Positions 40,649 to 49,243 of a stretch of 52,490 bases of DNA are shown here, piece by piece; the first letter of the stretch is position 1; the number at the start of each line of letters is the position of its first letter. The notes under the pieces were generated by a model. The model saw only the letters and a list, made by a program, of their open reading frames with translations, did no database searches and was not told the origin of the DNA. Where the stretch lies: the IMG/VR virus record IMGVR_UViG_3300021091_000107, positions 1 through 52,490 of that record; one strand, 5' to 3'. Source of the DNA: a virus. Taxonomy: Duplodnaviria; Caudoviricetes. A program made the translations under genes and the position numbers.

Positions 40649-41454
40649 TGGGAGCATACGCAGGAGCTAACAACTTAACTCAATATCCAGTATCTGTTAG
40701 CAATATCAGTAATTTAGTAACTGCAAACCTTCAGTTTTATTGGGATGCTGCTAGGACGCTATCTTTAGCGTCTTCTTCCAGTACCCAGTGGAATGATATA
40801 AGTGGAATTCAAAATAAACCATTTGCTTTGCGTGGCAATGGTTATGGGAATAATGGAGGTCAAGCGTTGTCTTCAATAACTTATAGTGAAGATGGTGGTG
40901 GTTCTTTATTGTTTGATGGAACAGATGATTTTGGAACTCTGGGAACTTCTGCCACACCAACGTCAAATTCTCCATATACAGCTGGATCAAATATTACTGT
41001 ATGTATTTGGATGAAAACTACAGACGGTGGAGATAAAGGTTTTTGGTCTCATTGTAATGGGGGACCAGTAAATTTATCTTATGGTATTGGTGGTGGCAAA
41101 ATGCGATATTGGTATTATACCGCTCCATGGCAAATCTTAGATAGTAATACTTCTATTATTGATGGAAATTGGAAATACTTAGTTTGGGCTAAATCAGGCA
41201 CAAATATGAAACAATACATTAATGGTTCCCTAGATAAAGATACAACTCTTGTTGGTAATGTTCAAGGGCCTTTATATAGTTTGGGTTCTAGATGGGGTCC
41301 ATGCAATTCTGATAGTTATGGTGCTGGCACTAATGGATCTGGAGGAAGTATCTTTACTGGAAACTTGGCAATCATGATGGCATATGATCGTCAACTTTCT
41401 CAAGCAGAAATTACCCAAAACTTTAATTCTCATCGAAATAGATTTGGCATATAA
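40648..41454 (+). CDS. ConA-like lectin/LamG-domain protein 3
   Basis: LQFYWDA...WNDISG, FDGTDD, TVCIWMKT, DGNWKYLV, YINGSL, YDRQLSQAEITQNF...RFGI. Confidence 0.85.
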   Translation: MGAYAGANNLTQYPVSVSNISNLVTANLQFYWDAARTLSLASSSSTQWNDISGIQNKPFALRGNGYGNNGGQALSSITYSEDGGGSLLFDGTDDFGTLGTSATPTSNSPYTAGSNITVCIWMKTTDGGDKGFWSHCNGGPVNLSYGIGGGKMRYWYYTAPWQILDSNTSIIDGNWKYLVWAKSGTNMKQYINGSLDKDTTLVGNVQGPLYSLGSRWGPCNSDSYGAGTNGSGGSIFTGNLAIMMAYDRQLSQAEITQNFNSHRNRFGI

Positions 41455-41457
41455 ATA
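41450..41457 (+). promoter_or_regulatory. T4 late promoter heading the fibre + modification-enzyme cassette
   Basis: Exact TATAAATA overlapping the lectin-3 stop codon, 22 nt upstream of ATG 41480. Confidence 0.8.
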
Positions 41458-41479
41458 CTCAATAAAAGGCTTATAAGAA

Positions 41480-43660
41480 ATGGCGAATTCTGATAAGGAT
41501 ATCCTTATAACGCCCAATAAAGGCACAACATCATTACCCGAACTTAGTTTTATCGGTCAAGTCAACTCACCGATCAAACTTCGTGTGCTTGATGATAACA
41601 CATTATCATTTGAAGGTTCTGCGGGTCAATTATTTTCTATCAATAATAATCTAACAACAGGAACGATCTTTGCAGCATCTGATGTTTCTGGTGTTCCATC
41701 AATTTCTGTAGATGCTGGAGGAGCAGTTAGACTAGCACCATTTAATGGATATACAACTATTGGAAATGGCGGTTTTGCAACAGATCGCCAGCTGGGTGTT
41801 CGTGGTTCGATTATAATTGGAAATCGCGGAACAAGCAGTGCCAGATTAGAATTTACAGAAATAGCAAATAGTGGTGCTAGCTTAACTGGAACTGCTCCTG
41901 TTTATATCCATTACGATGGTCCAAACTATAGTGATAACAATAACTATTTTGGAATTAATACTAACGGAACCGATCGATTAACAGTAACTTACGGCGGTGG
42001 AGTTGGCATCAATACAATTAATCCAAGAATGAGATTTCATCTTTTTGGTGGACACGGTGATACTTCATGGAGAATGACTTTACCTGCTGCCAATAATGGA
42101 GCAGGAACAGGTGACATCAGCTTGCAAGCTTGGGTTTCTGAACCTGGGATAACATGGGATGGCGGCGGCATTGGAATGAATGTCACAAATTATACTACTG
42201 CAGTATTTCCAACCAATACTAATGATTCATCATTAAATTATTTCCCCCGCCTCGCTTCTGGCATAGGACAATCTTACATTAGATTTGTTCCTAATGGTGG
42301 TAGAATGTTTTTTACCACTACTGATAATAATGGAACAACTTACCAAAACCAAATTCAAATGGGCGGTGGTTGTTTAGGTATTGGTAGTTTAAATACTTCA
42401 TATAAGTTAAATGTTGGCGGAGATATCAACTTCACAGGAAACCTGTATCAAGCAGGTTCAATCTTTAAAACACTCCCAACTCAAAATGCAACAACTGATG
42501 GTTCAGTTCTAAGAACTAGATTCAATCCTTCTACATCACAGTTTGAGGCATACTGGACCCATGATCTTGATGCTAACTATCGACTAGAAAATCCAGATCA
42601 ATGGTCATTCCGTTATATCATCAATAGAGGATATACAGTTGCTGGATATCAAAACGCAAACCCATGGAGAAATGGTAATAGAACTGCCCACCCATCAGAC
42701 GTAACAATTTCTCTTGGAGATGTTATTGATTATTCTGCGGCATATATTGGAGGATCGCATAACGGAGTAAATCTATTTGTTTATAACTGTTCTAACTCTT
42801 GGTTACCTGCTGCTTCTGCAACATGTTCCATGAGTATGATCACAGAAACAAATCGTGGTCTTAACTCATCGTGGAATGATACCAGAGCACGTTCATATTC
42901 TGGTGCTTGGATTGACTTTATGGGTAATCAGTGGAGAAACAATGCTGGTAGAAATAGAGCATATATTAGTTCTGGTAACGGTAATACTTCACGACATGAT
43001 TTGAATACCGAAGTTATGCTTTCGGAAATTAGTGGTAATATATTATATGTTTCTCACGCAGAAGGAGAGTTTTTTGCTTGGGTATCACAAGGTCAAAATA
43101 GATTTGAATTTTCAACAGAAACATATACTGCATGGTCAACATATTCAACAGCTCCTGGTTGCGATGGTATTAACAAACATCAGGCAACTAGAATTGGTTT
43201 CTTCTATTGTTCAGAAGGTGGCAATACTGATAGAAACGTAACTAAGAGAAGAGATAATGATGCTGTAGTTATCAGGTCTGGAATTCAAAAACCAGAAACA
43301 GGTGGAGAAGAAAACCTACATACTGGTATGAATAAAGGTTATTCTATTGGAAACTACAATTATGCTCAAAATAATAATGCTTGGATATTCAATTATTATC
43401 AAGATACTATTCGTTTTGCCGATGGAACTCTAACATATCGTAAGGGTATTCCTGGATCATCTTCTGGAACTGGTCAAGAAGGTGGAGATATGATGGGTGC
43501 TGGGGTTCCACCTAGAACTTATATGACTTATACTGGAGCAGCAAGTTTCCAAGTTGCACCTGGCACCGTGACATATGGTGGAAGTACTGGTGCTACTTTA
43601 CAACCTGGCGCTGGATTAGCAGACGGCACTGGATCCACTGGTGGAATTGGAACATACTAA
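41480..43660 (+). CDS. Fibre-like structural protein with C-terminal Kelch-like beta-propeller, 726 aa
   Basis: LSFEGSAGQLFSI N-terminal module; VGINTINP/LNVGGDINFTG fibre repeats; periodic blade-like motifs (MSMITET, HDLNTEV, FEFSTET, FNYYQDT). Confidence 0.65.
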   Translation: MANSDKDILITPNKGTTSLPELSFIGQVNSPIKLRVLDDNTLSFEGSAGQLFSINNNLTTGTIFAASDVSGVPSISVDAGGAVRLAPFNGYTTIGNGGFATDRQLGVRGSIIIGNRGTSSARLEFTEIANSGASLTGTAPVYIHYDGPNYSDNNNYFGINTNGTDRLTVTYGGGVGINTINPRMRFHLFGGHGDTSWRMTLPAANNGAGTGDISLQAWVSEPGITWDGGGIGMNVTNYTTAVFPTNTNDSSLNYFPRLASGIGQSYIRFVPNGGRMFFTTTDNNGTTYQNQIQMGGGCLGIGSLNTSYKLNVGGDINFTGNLYQAGSIFKTLPTQNATTDGSVLRTRFNPSTSQFEAYWTHDLDANYRLENPDQWSFRYIINRGYTVAGYQNANPWRNGNRTAHPSDVTISLGDVIDYSAAYIGGSHNGVNLFVYNCSNSWLPAASATCSMSMITETNRGLNSSWNDTRARSYSGAWIDFMGNQWRNNAGRNRAYISSGNGNTSRHDLNTEVMLSEISGNILYVSHAEGEFFAWVSQGQNRFEFSTETYTAWSTYSTAPGCDGINKHQATRIGFFYCSEGGNTDRNVTKRRDNDAVVIRSGIQKPETGGEENLHTGMNKGYSIGNYNYAQNNNAWIFNYYQDTIRFADGTLTYRKGIPGSSSGTGQEGGDMMGAGVPPRTYMTYTGAASFQVAPGTVTYGGSTGATLQPGAGLADGTGSTGGIGTY

Positions 43661-43672
43661 TAGGAATCAAAA

Positions 43673-44464
43673 ATGGAAAGAGTTTATTACTTAACAAAAG
43701 ATACTTCATTATTTACTATCATATATGACCTTAGAGTTTTGAGATCGTTACTGAACTGGTATGCTATATCAATGCCAGTATCGGAAGAAATGATGTTCAA
43801 AGAAATCGTAAAAGGAAAATATTATCCACTAGATTCTGTAACAGGATTTAAAGGATTTAAAACTTTTGCTGATATTAGAGGAAAAATCAAAATCGTTGAA
43901 CAAGAAGCAAATGGCGAAGTAGTAGCTTTCCAGTCTGAAGGTGTTTACAATTCAGTAGAGGATAATCCTCAAGAAGGTGTCAAAAAAATTGTTCTTGACG
44001 TTGACGACGAAAGAAGAAATGCTGTCATTAACGCTATGAGATTAGTAGCTAAAGCAGTTATTGAAGAGGAATTTGATAAAAAGTTTATGGAGTTGGATAC
44101 TTCTTCCAATATGGAATCTTATACATTTGAACTTCAATACGAAGAGGCATTGTTGTACACTAAAGATAAAAATGCTGATATTCCTTTACTTACTGCTTTA
44201 GCAGAAGCTAGAGAAATATCTATAGATCAAATGGCAGATAAAATTATTTCTGCTAGAAATTGTTTTAAACAAAAAGTTACTTCTTTGCTTAAACAAATGA
44301 CAGAGATTAAGTTTAAATTTAAAAATGCCGCCACAATTCGAGATCTAAATAGATTATATGAAGATTATTTCAGTATTGCAATGCCAGAATCTCAAGCTAT
44401 TGAAGAAGGTAGAGTTGTTGATTTTAAACGTGTAGTTCCTGTAGGTATCGGATTGAATTTTTAA
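43673..44464 (+). CDS. Hypothetical protein, possibly a tail-fibre assembly/chaperone-type protein, 263 aa
   Basis: ESYTFELQYEEA....D.NADIPLLTALAEAREISIDQMADKI resembles the E..tW..Q..EA...TP.L..iA..Rg motif of fibre-adjacent phage proteins (from memory). Confidence 0.55.
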   Translation: MERVYYLTKDTSLFTIIYDLRVLRSLLNWYAISMPVSEEMMFKEIVKGKYYPLDSVTGFKGFKTFADIRGKIKIVEQEANGEVVAFQSEGVYNSVEDNPQEGVKKIVLDVDDERRNAVINAMRLVAKAVIEEEFDKKFMELDTSSNMESYTFELQYEEALLYTKDKNADIPLLTALAEAREISIDQMADKIISARNCFKQKVTSLLKQMTEIKFKFKNAATIRDLNRLYEDYFSIAMPESQAIEEGRVVDFKRVVPVGIGLNF

Positions 44465-44480
44465 TAATAAGGAGGTTGTT

Positions 44481-45224
44481 ATGTTAAGTAAAGAAATTAT
44501 TTTAGAAAATGCTGTAAAATTTTCTACTGGTCAAACTGATTATCAAAATGAGAATTTTGTAATGAATTCTCATGTTACTAAATATCGTCAAGTTCGACAA
44601 GCGTTACTAGAAATTGAAAATCGATATCATGGTATTAGAAAAATTAAATTAGATGTTCGCAGAGACGAAATAAAAATTAAAGCACTTCAAAGAGATTTAG
44701 AAAAATGCGAAGATGATTTAGAAGCAGAACTTATTAAAATTGACATTGAAGATTTATTATCTGATAACGAAATTCGCAAAAGAAAATTATACAGACAAGA
44801 ACAAGAAATAGATGTTTTTGTCAACCGTGTTCAGCAAGAAGTTGAAAATGAAGAAGATATTCAAAGATACTTCGACCAAGATCCAGAAGAAGAAAGGAAG
44901 TATTGGATTGCTCGTATGGGCAAACAAGCTGCAATGGATATTCTTTCCTTCGGAAGAATTAGCACTGGCAATTTAGATTCAATTGCCATGCTTCCAGAAG
45001 AAGAACAACTGCAAATTCTTTCAATTGGTTTTCAATACTCAAATCTTCTTGGAGGTCAATTAGCTAAAATTGAAGGAACTACTAGAGAATACACACAGCA
45101 ATTATTGGCAGATCCAAAAAATCTTCGTCTTCCAACTTTTGATGGCATAGAAGATAACATGCAACTAAAGATGATTAATTCACTCAAAGAAATTGTGGAG
45201 AAGAAAAAATTGAAAGGTAATTGA
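44481..45224 (+). CDS. Hypothetical coiled-coil protein, 247 aa
   Basis: Strong SD AAGGAGG at 44469-44475; charged heptads; YWIARMGKQAAMD...GRISTGNLD segment. Confidence 0.75.
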   Translation: MLSKEIILENAVKFSTGQTDYQNENFVMNSHVTKYRQVRQALLEIENRYHGIRKIKLDVRRDEIKIKALQRDLEKCEDDLEAELIKIDIEDLLSDNEIRKRKLYRQEQEIDVFVNRVQQEVENEEDIQRYFDQDPEEERKYWIARMGKQAAMDILSFGRISTGNLDSIAMLPEEEQLQILSIGFQYSNLLGGQLAKIEGTTREYTQQLLADPKNLRLPTFDGIEDNMQLKMINSLKEIVEKKKLKGN

Positions 45225-45225
45225 T

Positions 45226-45975
45226 ATGAATGAAAATTTTTGGGATTATAGTGTAAATGAAAGTAAAATTGAATTGAATAATGTTCATAGTATTTTCTCG
45301 ATACCTCTTTTTGAAAGCACTATAATGGTTTCTAATTTTGAAGAAATCATGAATGATTTGACAGCAAAATATAATTCTACTGACAACGAAGAATTATTAT
45401 CTTCATATGGTTCTGTTCTTTCATCATCTGAAGCAGCACAACAAAACAACGTGTCTGTTAGAAATTCTATTTCATATTACAGTGAAGATACTTTACACAC
45501 AAACAAAATTTACGAAGAATTAACTGCATCAATAGAATCTGTAACAAAAAATATTTTTGATCTTTATGAGTATGATTCTATTACCCCACATGTTGTTACA
45601 ATGTGGGGTAATGTTTTAGGAAACAAGGGATATATTCATTCACATTCACATAGTAATTCTATGTTTTCTGGTGTTTGGTATCCAGAAGATCCTCCAGAAA
45701 CAGAAGAAGGTTCACTATCAAATTATATTAAATTTACCGATCCAACCAGAATTAAATTTTTCTTCATGCCACAAATTAAAAGAAAAAATGCTTTGAATTC
45801 TGGAGAAATTTTTATCAAACCAAAGAAAGGAATGTGTCTCATTTTTCCTTCTTGGTTAGAGCACGATACTATTGCAAACGACAATTTGCACGATAAAAGA
45901 TATAGTATTTCATTTAACATTTTCCCCAAAGGAACTTTAGGTTATCCAAATTCATTAAATCGTCTTGTCTTATGA
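45226..45975 (+). CDS. Putative 2OG-Fe(II) oxygenase, TIGR02466-like
   Basis: MWGN...HSHSNSMFSGVWY, LIFPSWLEH, RYSISFN (HxH...H...RxS). Confidence 0.88.
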   Translation: MNENFWDYSVNESKIELNNVHSIFSIPLFESTIMVSNFEEIMNDLTAKYNSTDNEELLSSYGSVLSSSEAAQQNNVSVRNSISYYSEDTLHTNKIYEELTASIESVTKNIFDLYEYDSITPHVVTMWGNVLGNKGYIHSHSHSNSMFSGVWYPEDPPETEEGSLSNYIKFTDPTRIKFFFMPQIKRKNALNSGEIFIKPKKGMCLIFPSWLEHDTIANDNLHDKRYSISFNIFPKGTLGYPNSLNRLVL

Positions 45976-46622
45976 GCACTCTTGAAATATTTCCGCAAGC
46001 TATCGGAAAATATTCCTTTGATTATGAAAGCAGAATTAAAATTAAAGATATCTGTTTTAAGATAATCAAAGAGAATCATTTTTCTAAAAATAAAGATAGT
46101 AATAATTTATATCATTATTGTAACACTAATCACGAAAATCTATTAGACTTAAAAGAATTTGATTGGTTTGAAGAAAAAATCTCAAACCTTGCTGTAGATT
46201 ACATTGAAAACACTTTGGGTTATGAACTAAAAGATGGTGTTGTCATTACTGATTGTTGGATGAATTTGTGTCAAAATAATGGAGATCAGTTTTTACACAA
46301 TCATGGCAATTCATTTGTTTCTGGAACATACTATGTCAATTTTAATCCAGATATTCATGGTAAATTAAAATTTCAAAATCAAAATACGACATCAGGAATG
46401 CATTCTTCTCCATATATTGAACTAACAATTAAAAAGAATACTAAGTATAATTCTGGTGGAGCAATAATGAATTACAATGAAGGGGATGTATTGTTTTGGC
46501 AATCCCATTTAATTCATGGATACGATGGAAACAATTCTGATAATCGTGTCAGTATTTCGTTTAATATTATGCCTAGATATTTCTATAATAATTCATATTC
46601 ATTTAAGGTGGTTAGAGAATGA
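45972..46622 (+). CDS. Putative 2OG-Fe(II) oxygenase, TIGR02466-like (paralogue)
   Basis: CWMN...HNHGNSFVSGTYY, LFWQSHLIH, RVSISFN; ATGA coupling. Confidence 0.88.
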   Translation: MSTLEIFPQAIGKYSFDYESRIKIKDICFKIIKENHFSKNKDSNNLYHYCNTNHENLLDLKEFDWFEEKISNLAVDYIENTLGYELKDGVVITDCWMNLCQNNGDQFLHNHGNSFVSGTYYVNFNPDIHGKLKFQNQNTTSGMHSSPYIELTIKKNTKYNSGGAIMNYNEGDVLFWQSHLIHGYDGNNSDNRVSISFNIMPRYFYNNSYSFKVVRE

Positions 46623-47287
46623 TACTCATAGAGAATAATTATCTGGAAAGAGTTTGTAAAATTAATCCAGAAGCAAAAATAGAAGATGTTGTTTATGATG
46701 GTGTTAAATTTAAATGTATCAAAAATTTTTTACACAATCCAGATGAATATGTTGAGTTAATACAAAAATTTCCAGCAACTAGAGACCACACTTATTCTCC
46801 TGGTTTCAGGCAAGATATTCCACCTTGGGCAGCTAGATTTATTACACTATTCATTCAAGAACATGTAGGAGAATGGAAACCTGCTAGAGTTTCTTGTAAC
46901 ATATACAGTGGTGATATGTTAATGAAAGAGCATTCTAATCTTCCACATTCTGATCCTTTTTATGGGGTTTGGAACTTATGGTTCAATAAAAAAACTTTGG
47001 GAGGAACTGCTTTTTGGTCATACAGAAATAAACTTCATGTAGATGAATTATCAGAAGAAGAATATAACCATTTATTTGAAAAACCTCTTTCTGGAATTGG
47101 TTATGAAAAATGGAGAAACTTTAGGGGTGATGAAGATTGGCAGATGACATGCATTGCTCCTATGGAATTTAACACACTTTTATTTTATAATGGTGGATTT
47201 TTTCATTCTCCTTGGATTCAAGAGAACTGGTATTTAAACGAGCATAGATATAGTATGGTTGGAATGGGAGATTTTGAAAATGTTTAG
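46619..47287 (+). CDS. Putative 2OG-Fe(II) oxygenase-like protein (DUF6445-like)
   Basis: NFLHNPD, PGFR, LPHSD (HxD), GGTAFW, FNTLLFYNGGFFHS (distal His), HRYS. Confidence 0.7.
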   Translation: MILIENNYLERVCKINPEAKIEDVVYDGVKFKCIKNFLHNPDEYVELIQKFPATRDHTYSPGFRQDIPPWAARFITLFIQEHVGEWKPARVSCNIYSGDMLMKEHSNLPHSDPFYGVWNLWFNKKTLGGTAFWSYRNKLHVDELSEEEYNHLFEKPLSGIGYEKWRNFRGDEDWQMTCIAPMEFNTLLFYNGGFFHSPWIQENWYLNEHRYSMVGMGDFENV

Positions 47288-48971
47288 TCTACCTATCAAT
47301 CCAAAGATTGATGAAAATTTTGCCAATAATATTCTCATTCCTTTTTTACAGAAACACAAACAATATATTTTTGATCTCTACTTCACATGTAGGATGCCTC
47401 CGTTTATGCAGGATGCCATGGGTGATGTGTTTGAGGATGATCTCAGACAGACAACATTCAACGCTCTATACATTCAAAAACAAACTGGTATTCCTCTGTC
47501 TGCTACGTTCAACAATCCATACGTCAGACCTACACAAGAGAACCTAGATCTATTCATCAATAACTTCAGATACATCTATGAAGCAGGTGTAAGAACTGTC
47601 ACGTTGCCCCATACATCATGGATGCTAACAGGTCAGATACAGAAAGCATTTCCTGAACTGTATATCAAGAATACTATTCTACATGAAGTTACAAAAGCAA
47701 ACGATATTGTTTCTCTTGCCAAAGCTGGATTTAATTATATTAATCTTGATAGAGATCTGATGAGAGATCAAGATCAGTTACGTCGTCTAAAAGAAGCAAA
47801 AGAATATTGTGCTTCGATTGGTAATCCAGTTAAATTCTCCATGCTTGCCAATGAGGGATGCTGGGGTGGATGCCCTATTATGCCAGAGCACTATCACTAT
47901 AATAACACCAGAGAGAACCACGAACCACCATACTTTGGCAATATCATCAGTAGAGTTTCGTGTTCTAAGTGGGAGCAGCAAGATAGCTCTGCTGTTCTTA
48001 AGTCAGCAAATCTCCCACCTTGGAAAAAGGATTGGGAAGAGATGTTTGATCTAGGTATTGATGTATTCAAATTACACGGAAGAGAAAGCGTAATGCGTCT
48101 CAAAGAAAGTATGGATATTATTGAACGCTGGGCGAATGATGAAGAACTTCTATTCCCAGAACTCAATACCTATATTGAAGACAAGAGTTTGAAAGATAGA
48201 CCAATTGATATTTGGAGAGAAAAGATCAAAACTTGTAAGTTTGATTGTTGGGATTGTAATTACTGTGAGGCAGTTATTGAGGCACATCATAAGAAGCAAG
48301 ACAGAACACTACATCCACTTGTCAAACTGACACTTGATGCGATTGATAAATCAGCAACAGGTGATACTAACTTCAAACCACAAGGTTTCAATATTGAAGG
48401 TCTATCATCGGATCGTGTCAGACATTTTCTAAATCATCTATGCTCTGATCCAAAGAACTCATATCTTGAGATTGGATGCTATACAGGCAGCACATACTTT
48501 GCTGCCATTATGGGTAATGATTTAGTATCATATGGCGTTGATAATTTTGTTGCTCCTATCGCTCCTGCTAGAGATGATATCGAGTGGAAAGGAGTTGAAG
48601 ATCCATCAAAAGAATTGTTTAGAAATAATGTCTTGTTTGGCAGTTTAAAATCTGCTATAATTGATATTGATGCTCGCAAACTAAACTCATCTCATTTTAC
48701 CAGAAGACCAAATATTGTATTCTATGATGGAGAGCACGACGATCAACAGGTAGAATGTTTATCTAACTTGCTTCCAAACCTACAGGATACTTTTATATTA
48801 GTTTTGGATGATGCCAATTTTGATGGGGTTATCCGTAATGGGCAGAAATTTATAGATATAAATAATTTCGAAGTTCTGTTTGAACGTCAAATACTGACAC
48901 CTCAAATAGAAGATTCCACAAGCTGGTGGAATGGTTTGGCAATTTATGTATTAACAAAAACGGAGAATTGA
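47280..48971 (+). CDS. Fusion: peptidase-U32-family (Fe-S, hydroxylase-like) domain + class I SAM methyltransferase (Methyltransf_24-like), 563 aa
   Basis: SD GGGAG at 47266-47270; LDRDL, LANEGCWGGC, VSC, GIDVFKLHGR, CKFDCWDCNYC; C-terminal YLEIGCYTGST, VFYDGEH, LVLDD. Confidence 0.75.
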   Translation: MFSLPINPKIDENFANNILIPFLQKHKQYIFDLYFTCRMPPFMQDAMGDVFEDDLRQTTFNALYIQKQTGIPLSATFNNPYVRPTQENLDLFINNFRYIYEAGVRTVTLPHTSWMLTGQIQKAFPELYIKNTILHEVTKANDIVSLAKAGFNYINLDRDLMRDQDQLRRLKEAKEYCASIGNPVKFSMLANEGCWGGCPIMPEHYHYNNTRENHEPPYFGNIISRVSCSKWEQQDSSAVLKSANLPPWKKDWEEMFDLGIDVFKLHGRESVMRLKESMDIIERWANDEELLFPELNTYIEDKSLKDRPIDIWREKIKTCKFDCWDCNYCEAVIEAHHKKQDRTLHPLVKLTLDAIDKSATGDTNFKPQGFNIEGLSSDRVRHFLNHLCSDPKNSYLEIGCYTGSTYFAAIMGNDLVSYGVDNFVAPIAPARDDIEWKGVEDPSKELFRNNVLFGSLKSAIIDIDARKLNSSHFTRRPNIVFYDGEHDDQQVECLSNLLPNLQDTFILVLDDANFDGVIRNGQKFIDINNFEVLFERQILTPQIEDSTSWWNGLAIYVLTKTEN

Positions 48972-48976
48972 TTACT

Positions 48977-49177
48977 ATGACTACTGATACTGCAACACTC
49001 AAAGAAAACTTTCAATCTCAACTCACCAACGTTGACGGGCAGATTACTAAGCTGGAAGATGAACTAGCAAAAGCAAAAGAATATCGTCTTAAACTTCAAG
49101 GTGGTCTAGAAACCCTAGAACTTCTTAATCCCACACCTACTGAAGAAGCAGCACCCGCTGAAGAAGTAGCAGAGTGA
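48977..49177 (+). CDS. Small acidic coiled-coil protein, 66 aa
   Basis: GGAG upstream of ATG 48977; heptads ending LKLQGGLETLELL. Confidence 0.75.
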   Translation: MTTDTATLKENFQSQLTNVDGQITKLEDELAKAKEYRLKLQGGLETLELLNPTPTEEAAPAEEVAE

Positions 49178-49180
49178 TCT

Positions 49181-49188
49181 TATAAATA
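49181..49188 (+). promoter_or_regulatory. T4 late promoter
   Basis: Exact TATAAATA upstream of gp13. Confidence 0.7.
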
Positions 49189-49197
49189 GACACCAAT

Positions 49198-49231
49198 ATC
49201 CCCACATGCTAAATACATGTAGGGATTTTTT
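49198..49231 (+). terminator. Rho-independent terminator whose loop is a late-promoter motif (CTAAATA)
   Basis: ATCCC-C-ACATG / CATGT-A-GGGAT stem, loop CTAAATA (49209-49215), followed by a T-run. Confidence 0.75.
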
Positions 49232-49243
49232 ATAGGGCTTTAC

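Noticed and set aside
47280-48300. Calling this domain a radical SAM enzyme or a collagenase
   Set aside because: The CxxxCxxC-like motif is C-terminal rather than at the start of a radical-SAM barrel, and the other motifs fit U32; protease activity is not established for most U32 proteins
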